Source: Bacteroidales bacterium (GTDB lineage Bacteria; Bacteroidota; Bacteroidia; Bacteroidales; UBA10428). From it: a stretch of 64,000 nucleotides of DNA. Below, piece by piece: positions 9,473 through 19,342 of this stretch. The position numbers and the translations under genes are program-made. The notes under the pieces are model-generated. The model did no database searches. It saw nothing but the letters and a program-made list of their open reading frames with translations, and had not been told where the DNA came from. The first letter of the stretch is position 1, and each line of letters begins with the position of its first letter. The stretch covers positions 797 to 64,796 of the forward strand of contig JAFGEO010000099.1 of NCBI GenBank assembly GCA_016931575.1. Reading direction: 5' to 3'.

Positions 9473-11449
9473 ATGATATCTGGAATTAAGCGATCATCAG
9501 GAATAGGAATGCTGGTCATTCTGATTGTGTTATGTATTTCCCCTGCTACAAAGGCTCAGGAGATATCCAAATTTGATCTCGAGGAGCGGGCTGATCATTA
9601 CTTTCAGCAACAGCGCTACGATAAGGCTACCGCCGACTATGAAGTATTGCATACAATGTATCCCAAGGATGCCCAGTATGCCTATTGTCTGGGGAGGTGT
9701 TACCTGCATACAAACCGGTATCTTGAGGAGGCTTGTGAATTACTGAAGTTTTCGGCTACGCGTAACTTTGGGGAGGATGCCTATTTTTACCTGGGTCAGG
9801 CCTATCACCTGAACTACAGTTTTGAAGATGCCACCCTTTCCTATCTGACATTTAAGAAGACCGCCAGCGGCAGGGCAATGAAGAAATTTGATGTGGATTA
9901 TTACCTTCAGCAAGCCATACAGGCAAAGCAGGCTGTGGAGCTCGCCCAAAATCTTGAGGTTACGGATATGAGTGTAGTTTCCGCGCATGCCAGGGAAAAA
10001 GCTTTTCCGGACAGGCTACCAGGCAGGTATTTGTATGTCCCTGATGAATTTAAGTCGGAACAGGATAAAGAAACCGGCTATGCTACCCTGATGTTCTATC
10101 CGGAGAATACAAAGGTGGGGGATTACGTGTTTTTCAGCAGTCTGTCGAAAAAAGGAAAGCATGGCAGCGATCTATACAGGGCACAGCGTGTGAGTGATGA
10201 GGGCTATAGTATTCCGGAAGCGTTGCCCGCAGTACTCAATACCGACTATGATGAAGACTACCCCTATTTTGACAAGCTGAGCTCAAGCCTTTATTTCAGC
10301 TCAAAGGGGCATACTACTTCAGGGGGTTATGATATTTTCAGGTCGAGGTACGACCCGGTTGCCGGTACATGGTCCTCCCCCGAGAAGCTGGCCTTCCCGA
10401 TCAATTCGGTACTGGACGATGTTCTGTACACTCCAACCGGAAAACCCAACGAATTTATTTTTCTGACAAACAGGAACAGCGAGGTCTCGGAGTATGATGT
10501 ATGCACCATATCGCTGGTTAATGCCGGCGATTTTGTTTCTCTGTCCGATCGCGATGAGGTGGTCAATATGGCCATGCTTAGCCCCAATGGCATCAGCATT
10601 TCCCAGCCGCTGATGACTTCGGCTGAGCCGGAACATGAAGCAGGGCTTGTCATTGAAGAAGCCTCCTCAGTGTCTGAAAAAGATCCCTACTCCCTGCTGG
10701 TGGAACAGGCGCTGCACTACCAGGCTGAGAGCGACTCCCTCGATACGGAAGTCAGAACACTTCGCCGCTTGGTTCAGGGTGAGGATAACTACCAGAAAAA
10801 GCAGGAGTTAATCGCCAGCATGACCACCCTGGATAAAGAGGCCAAACGTATGCAGCGTCTGGCTGATGGAAAATTTGATGAAGCGGAGGCATTGCGCAAT
10901 CCTGGCACCCGCCAGGAGCTTGCTAAAGCTCCGGAGGATATGACGCCGCACAGCACACCCTCGGGCATTACGCTCTATACCTACAATACAGAAAGTCCGG
11001 CAGTGGCCGAACCGGAACCGAAGAAAGAAGTGACCCGCAAAGCCGAAGCCAGAAAAGAGGAGACCTACGCAAAAGGTTACGAGGCGGCAAAATCAATGAG
11101 CGCAGGGCTGGCAGCCTCCTTCAGCATTATGAATAGTTCTCCCTATTCCAACAATAATCCGATTCCGGTGGCAGCTATTCCCGGGGGACTGGTCTACAGG
11201 ATACAACTTGGGGCCTACACACAGGAAATTCCGGAGAACACCTTTGGGGGCTTATCTCCGGTTTCTAAAGAACAAGCCAGCAGTGCCACGAGGTACTACG
11301 TTGGTGTATTCGGTTCGGTTGCAGAAGCCAGGAAAGCATTGGAAGAAGTGAAAGCCTATGGCTATCCGGATGCTTTTCTCGTATCGTTTTTCGATAAGAA
11401 TAAAATATCCGTTCAGGAAGCCCGGGAGATCGAGTTTTCTGACCGCTGA
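9473..11449 (+). CDS. Periplasmic TPR + PD40/WD40-like + C-terminal SPOR-like domain protein
   Basis: N-terminal TPRs; PD40 motifs (NTDYDEDYP, LYFSSKGH..GGYDIF, PINS); SPOR-like YRIQLGAY...YYVGVF...GYPDAF. Start moved to ATG 9473. Confidence 0.72.
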   Translation: MISGIKRSSGIGMLVILIVLCISPATKAQEISKFDLEERADHYFQQQRYDKATADYEVLHTMYPKDAQYAYCLGRCYLHTNRYLEEACELLKFSATRNFGEDAYFYLGQAYHLNYSFEDATLSYLTFKKTASGRAMKKFDVDYYLQQAIQAKQAVELAQNLEVTDMSVVSAHAREKAFPDRLPGRYLYVPDEFKSEQDKETGYATLMFYPENTKVGDYVFFSSLSKKGKHGSDLYRAQRVSDEGYSIPEALPAVLNTDYDEDYPYFDKLSSSLYFSSKGHTTSGGYDIFRSRYDPVAGTWSSPEKLAFPINSVLDDVLYTPTGKPNEFIFLTNRNSEVSEYDVCTISLVNAGDFVSLSDRDEVVNMAMLSPNGISISQPLMTSAEPEHEAGLVIEEASSVSEKDPYSLLVEQALHYQAESDSLDTEVRTLRRLVQGEDNYQKKQELIASMTTLDKEAKRMQRLADGKFDEAEALRNPGTRQELAKAPEDMTPHSTPSGITLYTYNTESPAVAEPEPKKEVTRKAEARKEETYAKGYEAAKSMSAGLAASFSIMNSSPYSNNNPIPVAAIPGGLVYRIQLGAYTQEIPENTFGGLSPVSKEQASSATRYYVGVFGSVAEARKALEEVKAYGYPDAFLVSFFDKNKISVQEAREIEFSDR

Positions 11450-11569
11450 TAGTCTTTCATCCCGGTTCAGGAATTCCCGGGGTGCGTAAAATTGTTATTT
11501 ATTCCCTTGAAACGGGCTGTCATGCTTGTAGAATGAATATTTTTCCTAAATTTGATCAGGATAGTATCA

Positions 11570-11869
11570 ATGGACTTTCGTATGGGAGAAAAAGAATACA
11601 TTCAGAAGAGCAAACAATCTGAAGAATTGCTTGAGCAGAAAACGGGTGATGACAGACATTTGATCCTGCATAATGATGATGTGCATACTTTTGATTATGT
11701 CATTGAATCCCTGGTAAAAGTATGTGAGCTGGAGCCTATTCAGGCAGAGCAGTGTACTTACCTGGTTCATTATAAAGGGAAGTGTGATGTTAAGAAGGGC
11801 GATTTTGATTTTTTGCACCCCTACAAGAATGCTTTAATTGAGCGGGGACTCGAAGCAACCATCGATTAA
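11570..11869 (+). CDS. clpS: ATP-dependent Clp protease adaptor ClpS
   Basis: LILHNDDVHTFDYVI, QAEQC..LVHYKGKC. A TAAATTTG promoter overlaps the TTG at 11552, so a later ATG start is preferred. Confidence 0.9.
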   Translation: MDFRMGEKEYIQKSKQSEELLEQKTGDDRHLILHNDDVHTFDYVIESLVKVCELEPIQAEQCTYLVHYKGKCDVKKGDFDFLHPYKNALIERGLEATID

Positions 11870-11886
11870 ACCAATAATTTCAGCTA

Positions 11887-12351
11887 ATGAGCATTTTTGT
11901 TATAGTCTTACTGGTTGCCCTGGGTTTTGTCCTCCTGATGGTGGAATTGCTTGTTATTCCCGGAATCACAATTGCCGGGATAGGAGGGGTTTTACTCATC
12001 GCCGGAGGTGTCGTCAGCGGATATGCTTTTCATCCTGCCGCAACCGGGAATTACATTTTCCTGGGTTCCATGGCAGGCATAATCCTCATGTTTGTTCTGG
12101 CACTCAAGGCAAAAACCTGGAAGCGTTTCGGCCTGAAATCCGAGATACAGGGGAAAGTTGGGAGCCTGGAAGAAGGTAAACTTGTACCTGGTGATGAAGG
12201 GGAGACTGTTTCCAAGCTCTCGCCAATTGGCAGGGCGCTGATTAAGGATGAGCTCTTTGAGGTCCGTTCAGAGGGCGGTTATATTGATGAACACAAAAAG
12301 GTCCGGATCATAAGGATCGATGGAAATAAAATATACGTTGAATTAAAATAG
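11887..12351 (+). CDS. nfeD: NfeD-like membrane protein
   Basis: Hydrophobic N-terminus with ELLVIPG; C-terminal OB-fold ([10 protein letters not shown]...EVRSEGGYI); upstream of floA. Confidence 0.85.
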   Translation: MSIFVIVLLVALGFVLLMVELLVIPGITIAGIGGVLLIAGGVVSGYAFHPAATGNYIFLGSMAGIILMFVLALKAKTWKRFGLKSEIQGKVGSLEEGKLVPGDEGETVSKLSPIGRALIKDELFEVRSEGGYIDEHKKVRIIRIDGNKIYVELK

Positions 12352-12358
12352 AAACATT

Positions 12359-13339
12359 ATGGATGGTATGGGAATTATCATAGTTCTTGGCATTGTTGTA
12401 ATAGTCCTTTTATGGCTGTTCTTGTATTTTATACCACTGGGCCTTTGGTTTAGCGCTGTATTCGCCAGGGTGTATGTGCCCATTGGACAGCTGATCGGGA
12501 TGCGAATCCGGAAGGTGCCTCCGGGAATCATCATCAATGCACTTATCAGTGCCACCAAAGCCGGCCTGCAGCTAAACCGTGACGATCTTGAAGCCCACTA
12601 CCTGGCAGGCGGTAATGTACGTTCAGTGGTCAATGCCCTGATAAGTGCCGATAAGGCTAATATTACCCTCGACTTTAAGGCTGCTACCGCCATCGACCTT
12701 GCAGGACGTGACGTGTTGGAAGCCGTGCAGATGTCTGTTAACCCCAAGGTTATTAATACGCCACCTGTAACAGCGGTTGCTAAGGATGGGATTCAGCTGG
12801 TTGCCAAGGCCCGGGTCACGGTTCGTGCCAACATCAGGCAGCTTGTTGGGGGAGCTGGTGAGGAGACTGTTCTTGCCCGTGTGGGTGAGGGTATAGTTTC
12901 TTCCATTGGTTCTGCAGAATCTCACAAGTCGGTGTTGGAAAACCCGGATTTCATTTCCCGTGTTGTGCTTGAAAAAGGACTTGATGCCGGCACAGCATTT
13001 GAGATCTTATCGATAGATATAGCCGACATTGATATTGGAAAGAATATCGGTGCCGTACTGCAAATGGACCAGGCCAATGCCGATAAAAATATTGCCCAGG
13101 CTAAGGCTGAGGAACGCAGGGCCATGGCTGTTGCCCTTGAGCAGGAAATGAAGGCGAAAGCCCAGGAAGCCCGCGCAAAAGTTATTGAAGCTGAAGTTCA
13201 GATCCCCCTGGCGATGGCAGAAGCCTTCAAAGCCGGAAACCTTGGGATTATGGATTATTACCGGATGAAAAACATTGAGGCTGACACCAAGATGCGAGAT
13301 TCCATCCAGGCTACAGACAGCAAGGGTAAGAAAAAGTAA
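12359..13339 (+). CDS. floA: Flotillin-like protein FloA (UPF0365/YqfA)
   Basis: [53 protein letters not shown]. Confidence 0.93.
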   Translation: MDGMGIIIVLGIVVIVLLWLFLYFIPLGLWFSAVFARVYVPIGQLIGMRIRKVPPGIIINALISATKAGLQLNRDDLEAHYLAGGNVRSVVNALISADKANITLDFKAATAIDLAGRDVLEAVQMSVNPKVINTPPVTAVAKDGIQLVAKARVTVRANIRQLVGGAGEETVLARVGEGIVSSIGSAESHKSVLENPDFISRVVLEKGLDAGTAFEILSIDIADIDIGKNIGAVLQMDQANADKNIAQAKAEERRAMAVALEQEMKAKAQEARAKVIEAEVQIPLAMAEAFKAGNLGIMDYYRMKNIEADTKMRDSIQATDSKGKKK

Positions 13340-13366
13340 AAAAAAGCTTTCGGCAGGCTTTTTAGC

Positions 13367-13397
13367 TTTGCGAATGTGAAAGGTTTTTTTACTTTTG
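13367..13397 (+). promoter_or_regulatory. Bacteroidota promoter upstream of the tRNA region
   Basis: TTTG, 19 bp spacer, TACTTTTG. Confidence 0.7.
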
Positions 13398-13470
13398 TGA
13401 ACCTGAAAATTGAGCAGGACTGGCGAATTTTATTTAAGACTTTTCGATTAGATCGATAAGAGAATAAAAT

Positions 13471-13632
13471 GAGAGATGCCTGCTTTCACCAAGGCTTCGG
13501 CAGATGAAAGGTGAGTGGCTGAACCGAGGACGAAGGACGAGCTCATGAAACACGAAGTGTTGAATAACCGAGGACGAAGGACGAGCTCATGAAACACGAA
13601 GTGTTGAATAACCGACCAGTTTGCTAAACTGG
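13471..13632 (+). pseudogene. Interrupted 5'-half copy of tRNA-Ser(GCT)
   Basis: GAGAGATG + [31 bp insert] + GGTGAGTGGCTG + [2 x 44 bp insert] + AACCGACCAGTTTGCTAAACTGG. Matches the intact tRNA 5' half in register; no T arm follows. Confidence 0.8.
13522..13609 (+). repeat. Perfect 44-bp tandem duplication
   Basis: AACCGAGGACGAAGGACGAGCTCATGAAACACGAAGTGTTGAAT occurs twice. Confidence 0.95.
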
Positions 13633-13681
13633 TAATTGACATAAAGGAATTAAACAGTTAAAGAGCATCTTTAATGTGAAA

Positions 13682-13712
13682 CCCGCCTTCGCTAAAGCTA
13701 CGGCGGGTGAAA
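13682..13712. repeat. REP-like palindrome abutting the tRNA 5' end; degenerate second copy at 13479-13509
   Basis: CCCGCCTTCGCTAAAGCTACGGCGGGTGAAA versus CCTGCTTTCACCAAGGCTTCGGCAGATGAAA, 23/31 identical. Confidence 0.75.
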
Positions 13713-13802
<90 letters not shown>

Positions 13803-13824
13803 AACCTACACTGAAACAACCCCG

Positions 13825-13857
13825 AAGGCCCGGCAGTGATGCCGGGCTTTCTTTTTT
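13825..13857 (+). terminator. Terminator after tRNA-Ser
   Basis: GCCCGGCA...TGCCGGGC stem plus T-rich tract. Confidence 0.8.
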
Positions 13858-13890
13858 AGGGGGTTCAACCTTATAATCATGGCTACATAC

Positions 13891-13936
13891 GCCCTGAAAG
13901 GGCAGCAATCAATAGCCCAGGGCAACGCCCTGGGTT
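13891..13936. repeat. REP-like double palindrome
   Basis: GCCCTGAAAGGGC followed by CCCAGGGCAACGCCCTGGG. Confidence 0.65.
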
Positions 13937-14038
13937 TGGGAATGAAATTCCAGAGGTGCACGCACCGGGATTGGAAAGGGTGGTGACATTATTTGCACCG
14001 TATATGGGGAGTTTGATTGGGGCTGGTTGAATGGGTTT

Positions 14039-14266
14039 TTAGTAGTCTTCGTCAGGATACATCATATTCCTGGTGCCTTCCTCAATATCATCATCGCTTT
14101 CAATATCTCCTTCATCAACTACCTCGTCATTTTCTACATCGTAGATCTGGTATGCACAGGAATATTCATGTGGTTCAAGATTGATGAAGTCCTCAGCTTC
14201 CTGCCGGTTATTGAATCTGTTTTTCAGCAGGATCTTGCTCCCTTTCAGAAATATTACTTCAAACAT
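14039..14266 (-). CDS. Small acidic hypothetical protein
   Basis: 75 aa, D/E-rich C-terminus, AT-rich leader, and a TACCTTCG -7-like box on the minus strand near 14298-14305. Confidence 0.6.
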   Translation of the reverse strand: MFEVIFLKGSKILLKNRFNNRQEAEDFINLEPHEYSCAYQIYDVENDEVVDEGDIESDDDIEEGTRNMMYPDEDY

Positions 14267-14622
14267 AGTTGTGTTGATTAAGTAGTTTAAATTAGTTCGA
14301 AGGTAAGTATTTTACCGGTTTATTGTTTTTTTAAATAAGTGCGGCTGTTTTTACACCAAGATTCGATTTCATTCCTGTTGGGTAATTCCTGTTAGGCAGA
14401 CTCTGAAATTTCAGGATCAGGTACAATCCTGACATCATCAACCTTCCCCAATTCCTTACAAACCTATGATATCATTCAGTTATCCTCCCCGGATATGTAA
14501 TTTCCAGTTATCTTCGCACTTGTTTAAGAAAACTTCATTTTTCTTCAGCAGGCGGTTTTTAGGATCAGGTTTTAATCATATCTTTAATTGCAGCATTGTT
14601 TTCCCATAATACATTTTAATAG

Positions 14623-15741
14623 ATGGATGATATTTTAGTTTTCAGTCTGATTGTTGTGTTAGGCTTAGTCCCATTTGGATATGGTGTGGTGTGGTCCCTA
14701 TATCGAAAGACGATTATTTTCAATACGGCCATGACAGTTTTTATTGCCTCCATGGGTGTGGGGATCGTGGCATTTGTAGTGGGAAACCGTGGATTTGTGC
14801 ATCTATACTGGGCAATTCCGGCATGTCTGGTATGGCTGGTAGCCATGAACGGTATCTCGAAAAAACTGATTCGCAACCCCTTGAGAGAGCTCAATGCTGC
14901 CGTGCGCGAGATGGCTACAGGGAACCTGTCAAATACTGTGGAGCTGGCCAGTAAGTCGCATAAGAATGAGATTGGAGAGATATCAAAGTCGGCAGAGGTG
15001 ATGTACACAGAGATCTATAAGGCTATTTACAGCATTCGCAAAAGTTCGGAAGAGGTGCTTAGTATGAGCAGGGAGCTGGCGGGTACTTCCACTCATCTTT
15101 CCGATGGTGCCGATCAGCAGGTTCAGATCGTTACCCTCCTGAAGCAGAGTATGAAAGAGATGAGCCGGATTATCTCGGAAAATACAGCTAATGCCATTCA
15201 TTCAGAGACCAACTCGGAAGAAAGTGCCCGCCAGATCAGCGCCGTAAATGAGCAGATGGGTCAGCTGGTGAAGTCAATGGGTATGGTGGAAGAAAAAATC
15301 GGCAATATCAATGGCATTGCCCTGCAAACAAATATCCTGGCATTGAATGCCGCGGTAGAGGCTGCGCGGGCGGGAGAGCACGGGAAAGGGTTTGCTGTTG
15401 TGGCAGCGGAGGTAAGGAAACTGGCTGAAAACAGCAGGAAGTATGCCGATGAGATCACCACGATAATTAAGGAAGGGGTGAGCATCTCAAATACCACCGC
15501 CAATAGTCTGGCACAATCTGTTCCGAAGATCCAGGAATCTGTGTCACAGATCAACGATATCTCCAGGGGGAGCTCCATCCAGCTGGAGGAAAACCTGAAT
15601 ATCAACCGGGGGATCGACAAGGTCGACGAGCAGAATCATCTGAATTCCTCCTTTGCCAGGTCTCTGTCTGATTCAGCAAAAATACTCAGGGAACAAGCCG
15701 AATTGCTCAGTAAATCCGTGGAGTTTTTCCGGTTCGGATAA
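14623..15741 (+). CDS. Methyl-accepting chemotaxis protein (TM + HAMP + signalling domain)
   Basis: [35 protein letters not shown] hairpin tip; HAMP PLREL...GNL...NEIGEI; about 3 TM segments with no large periplasmic domain. Confidence 0.93.
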   Translation: MDDILVFSLIVVLGLVPFGYGVVWSLYRKTIIFNTAMTVFIASMGVGIVAFVVGNRGFVHLYWAIPACLVWLVAMNGISKKLIRNPLRELNAAVREMATGNLSNTVELASKSHKNEIGEISKSAEVMYTEIYKAIYSIRKSSEEVLSMSRELAGTSTHLSDGADQQVQIVTLLKQSMKEMSRIISENTANAIHSETNSEESARQISAVNEQMGQLVKSMGMVEEKIGNINGIALQTNILALNAAVEAARAGEHGKGFAVVAAEVRKLAENSRKYADEITTIIKEGVSISNTTANSLAQSVPKIQESVSQINDISRGSSIQLEENLNINRGIDKVDEQNHLNSSFARSLSDSAKILREQAELLSKSVEFFRFG

Positions 15742-15816
15742 TGTCATTGAGGATATTTCAGAAATTCTATGGAGGATTGTTTCTGAGCCGGCAGATTCAT
15801 TTTTTCCAGGTCCCAC

Positions 15817-15998
15817 CCGGAGTTCAGAATCCAGAATCCAGAACACAGAGCCCAGAGCCCAGAGCCCAGAGTCCAGAACCCAGAGCCCAGAGTCCAGAAC
15901 CCAGAACCCAGAACCCAGAACCCAGAGCCCAGAGTCCAGAGCCCAGAGTTCAGAACACAGAACCCGGAGTCCAGTATCCAGAGCCCGGAGTCCAGTAC
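15817..15998 (+). repeat. Heptamer tandem repeat, 26 units, consensus CCAGARY
   Basis: 182 bp of in-phase 7-mers (CCAGAGC, CCAGAGT, CCAGAAC and variants). Confidence 0.95.
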
Positions 15999-16109
15999 TC
16001 GTGCCGCATCGCCTTTGGTCCCATGAACATTCCCCATTACAAACTGTTTTTCCATCTATTACAAAACATCCAATAGAAAGATTTACTTTCGCGATCTAAA
16101 CCAGAATCA

Positions 16110-16982
16110 TTGAAACCCACTGTTAAAGCTACCATCGCCCTGTTCGGAGGGCTTGCATTTATGAGCTTTGCCGCTGTATTGATCAAGGCGGCTGAAGGTA
16201 CCCCGGGAATCGTCACCTCCTTCTACCGGATGTTTGTGGGTAGCCTGGTGCTGGCAGGTCCCTTTCTGTATTACCTGGTGAAGAATCCGGGCCGGTTTCC
16301 GCGCAGGGGAATCCTGCTGGCCATCATCAGCGGGATATTTTTCGGGTTTGATATGTCGCTATGGTCTACCGGCGTGGTTATGAGCAATGCAACCATTCCT
16401 ACCCTGGTAGCCAACCTGGCGCCGATATGGGTTGGTTTCGGTACTCTTGTACTGTTCAAAAAACATCCCAGGAAAGGCTTTTGGTACGGTCTCCTCATCG
16501 CCATGGTGGGAATCCTGGTGCTGGTGAATCGGGATATCGATAAGGGGAACCACATCATTCCGGGGGCACTTCTGGGACTGGGTGCCGGTTTTTTTTACGG
16601 CATGTTCTACCTTACCAGCGAACCGGGCAGGAGACTGCTGGATACATTACCATTCCTCTTTATCAGCACGCTTTCATCGGCCCTGCTCCTGGCCATTGCC
16701 ATACTGGTCTTTGGATACAATTTTACAGGATACAGTCAGCAAACTTACCTGCTTTTCCTGACTCTGGGTGTCGGTGTGCAGGTTTGCGGATGGTTCCTGA
16801 TCAACTTTTCCCAGGGATTCCTCCCGGCAACCACTGTTTCACCCACCCTTCTGGGCCAGCCGGTATTCACCTACCTGTGGGCATACCTGCTCCTGGACGA
16901 AAAGCTGAGCGGCTGGCACCTGGCAGGGAGTGCCATTGTGGTAGCCGGCATCTATTTTGTGCACTATCATCGTCATCGATAG
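16110..16982 (+). CDS. DMT/EamA family transporter
   Basis: About 10 TM segments, two EamA halves (FYRM, LAPIWV, LGQPV...LLDEKL); TACTTTCG box just upstream. Confidence 0.88.
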   Translation: MKPTVKATIALFGGLAFMSFAAVLIKAAEGTPGIVTSFYRMFVGSLVLAGPFLYYLVKNPGRFPRRGILLAIISGIFFGFDMSLWSTGVVMSNATIPTLVANLAPIWVGFGTLVLFKKHPRKGFWYGLLIAMVGILVLVNRDIDKGNHIIPGALLGLGAGFFYGMFYLTSEPGRRLLDTLPFLFISTLSSALLLAIAILVFGYNFTGYSQQTYLLFLTLGVGVQVCGWFLINFSQGFLPATTVSPTLLGQPVFTYLWAYLLLDEKLSGWHLAGSAIVVAGIYFVHYHRHR

Positions 16983-17185
16983 ACGAAGGTTGTAATAGAT
17001 AAAATTCAGCTGTATTTTGGTTGAGGGCTTGCTTCCTTCGCATACTACAAAACCCTTATTAGCTATGCCGGGTATTGAACTAAATCAGTCCAAGGCGGAT
17101 AGCTATTCAAAGGCAGTAATAATCGTATAGGCTTTTTTACCTTGTATCTGTATTCATTAAAAAATGCAGATATGAGAAAAAAAAA

Positions 17186-17486
17186 TCACCTGGCATTGTC
17201 GTGGCTATACTGCATTCCCAGAGGCAGAACCATTCCCTGCATCCGCATATCCATTGCATTGTTCTCGCAACTGGATACAGTCTCAAAAGAGAATGGAAGT
17301 ACATTGGTCAACACGAAAATGGGCTGTATTCGGCTTAAACAGGAAAGCATCAGGCAACTTACCGGCTTTGATATAAGCCAATGTACGTATTATACGAAGG
17401 CTCAGATGTGCCATGTCCGTGAAATCCCATGGATTCATTCACCTGCAGGACATCTGCCCCCGATTTTTCTTTTAGCATTACGTTAA
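17186..17486 (+). mobile_element. Internally deleted IS91-family (HUH) transposase remnant
   Basis: Frame +2 reads AILHSQRQNHSLHPHIHCIVLATGY (HUH at 17240-17254; compare AVLHTWGQNL..HPHIHCIV). It is joined to a frame +3 C-terminal segment LTGFDISQC...IHSP. Confidence 0.75.
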
Positions 17487-17572
17487 ACCGTAATCAGCTC
17501 TAGGTATCTTTATTCTCATGAGGACAGGCACCGCAAACCGCTCATATTCCTATTTATTGCAAGGCAATTCTA

Positions 17573-18571
17573 TCATCCGAAATATTGTTTTAGAATCCTA
17601 CAACATAAAAAAGTAATCCACGGTGATGGTTCCTTTTTATTCGAAAAGTCCCAATTCTTATATTCCATAAATATAGATGACGGTTTAAATCGACCATTTT
17701 TGTCTTGAGCATGTATTATCCAGTCAATTAGCTCTTTTATAACTGGTTGGTCTTTTAGAAAATCGAATCTTGTCAGAACATCTGCTAAATACAGGGCATT
17801 ATACCAAACAAATGGATATTTTAATGTCCAGAATTTTTTTGAGCGTCCGAAATAATACAAAGACTTTCCATAATCCTTGTGAAATTTTATCGGTTCGAAT
17901 GCAAATTTCGCATATTCAGATTCCTTGAGTTCTGGAACTTTTGAAAATATCTCAAGTGCTTGAAGTCCTGCAATTGGACATCCTATCTGTAATTTGTTAA
18001 ACTGACCGTCAACGAAGAAAAAATGACAAAACCAACCTTCAATGTTTGTCCATTTGTGTTTCAATTCTTCAATGGAATTATTAATCAAATCATTTTTCAC
18101 CCCTAATTCCATTAAAGCTGTTGTAATCAAAGGGGAATTACAAGGTGAGATATGCCAAACATCGGTTGTTAAATCAGGTTTTTCATATTTTTTTCCTTTT
18201 ATCGGTTTTTCAGGAATTTGTCCTCGAACTCCAAACATATTATTGATAACATGTTCAGATGCTTTGTCTACGGTTTCCTTAAGTTCTAAATCCGAATACC
18301 TTAGTCCAAATTCAGCAAGTGCTTTCAGTTTGAAATAAGTAATTTTTGGGTCATTATTTCGGGTTGGAGAAATTGTCAGCCACTCTTTGGTATCATTTGC
18401 GAGATGAATAATATTTTCGTCATTAATCAAGTCATTTTTTGCTTCGATTAACTCTCTGTCAGTTTCCTTAAACCCCAATAAATCAGAGTATGTTTTGTAC
18501 TTGGTCCAGGGGTTACTATTTCGCAACCAATCAATAGGATTATCATTTAATTTTTCTGTCCAGGCTTTCAT
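17573..18571 (-). CDS. AT-rich hypothetical protein, prenyltransferase/squalene-cyclase-like helical repeats
   Basis: WII.AQDKNGRF repeat-like motif, LKYPFVWYNAL, KEPSPWIT; visibly lower GC than neighbours. Confidence 0.65.
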   Translation of the reverse strand: MKAWTEKLNDNPIDWLRNSNPWTKYKTYSDLLGFKETDRELIEAKNDLINDENIIHLANDTKEWLTISPTRNNDPKITYFKLKALAEFGLRYSDLELKETVDKASEHVINNMFGVRGQIPEKPIKGKKYEKPDLTTDVWHISPCNSPLITTALMELGVKNDLINNSIEELKHKWTNIEGWFCHFFFVDGQFNKLQIGCPIAGLQALEIFSKVPELKESEYAKFAFEPIKFHKDYGKSLYYFGRSKKFWTLKYPFVWYNALYLADVLTRFDFLKDQPVIKELIDWIIHAQDKNGRFKPSSIFMEYKNWDFSNKKEPSPWITFLCCRILKQYFG

Positions 18572-18706
18572 AGTGCATTTCGCTTCTGTTAATGTTGCCC
18601 AACTGGTAAATATACTTAATGATCAGATCAGATCATGGGCAATCATAAGCAGCAGACTTTTTCAAGACGATACTGTTTGAGAAAGATCCATCGCTGTGTT
18701 TCAAAA

Positions 18707-18797
18707 ATTTCTCGCAGATTCCCGCAAGTGGCACTTACCTGTTGTATGGCTTCATCTGCGAAAATCAGCCTTATTTATCTGCGCGAATCTGCGAGAA
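18707..18797. repeat. Inverted ATCTGCG-type short repeats; related copy near 19464-19484
   Basis: TTCTCGCAGATTCCCGCA ... ATCTGCGAAAATCAGC ... ATCTGCGCGAATCTGCGAGAA. Confidence 0.6.
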
Positions 18798-18808
18798 CGA
18801 ATTTTTAG

Positions 18809-19342
18809 TTACTCTATCGGAAAATAAATCAGCGTTTGGTTCATTGCCGGATCTGTTACGAGTGAGGGGTCAGTCAGGTATACTTCCCAGCTGGATCCGT
18901 CAGAAGTCAACTCTTCATCCTTCAGGTATTGCGAAAGCTTCTCATACGTAGGTCCTATATCTTCGTAAGAGCCCTTGTAGAGGGTGCTGACAGCTTTCAT
19001 CTCCGGAAACTCCCTGAGGATGATGTCGTCAGTTCCTTCAACTTCCCCGCTGACGGGAACGCCGGCTTCGAAAACAATATTCCCCTCCGGCTCCCAGGAA
19101 TAATACACGGCAAAAGAAGGTCCCGCTGGTTGGATATTGTTTTCCATGATGTAAGTAAATACCGCTTTGTACATTTCACCGATTTTGGTGCTGATCTCTG
19201 TCATGGGAATGTCTGCCTTCATGACGAGGGCTTTTTGAGCATCGACCTGTTTTACTTCGATGGGAGTACAGGTTTGAGCTGACAGCCGAGGCAGGAAGGT
19301 TGCCGCTAACAGGAGGGCAATTACGAAAGATTTGGTTTTCAT
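18809..19342 (-). CDS. GyrI-like small-molecule-binding protein with signal peptide
   Basis: PAGPSFAVY, EAGVPV, YKGSYEDI..TY, WEVYLTDP, TLIYFPI. Confidence 0.85.
   Translation of the reverse strand: MKTKSFVIALLLAATFLPRLSAQTCTPIEVKQVDAQKALVMKADIPMTEISTKIGEMYKAVFTYIMENNIQPAGPSFAVYYSWEPEGNIVFEAGVPVSGEVEGTDDIILREFPEMKAVSTLYKGSYEDIGPTYEKLSQYLKDEELTSDGSSWEVYLTDPSLVTDPAMNQTLIYFPIE

Noticed and set aside
13522-13609. 44-bp repeats as a CRISPR array
   Set aside because: Only two directly abutting copies, no spacers and no cas genes.
13471-13680. A functional intron-containing second tRNA-Ser
   Set aside because: No variable arm, T arm or 3' acceptor strand follows the anticodon arm.
15653-16099. 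Three overlapping ORFs with repetitive peptides (QSPEPRA etc.)
   Set aside because: By-products of a stop-free heptamer repeat that is open in several frames.
17142-17486. The 114-aa ORF as a real gene
   Set aside because: Better explained as out-of-frame sequence plus the C-terminal fragment of an IS91 transposase remnant.
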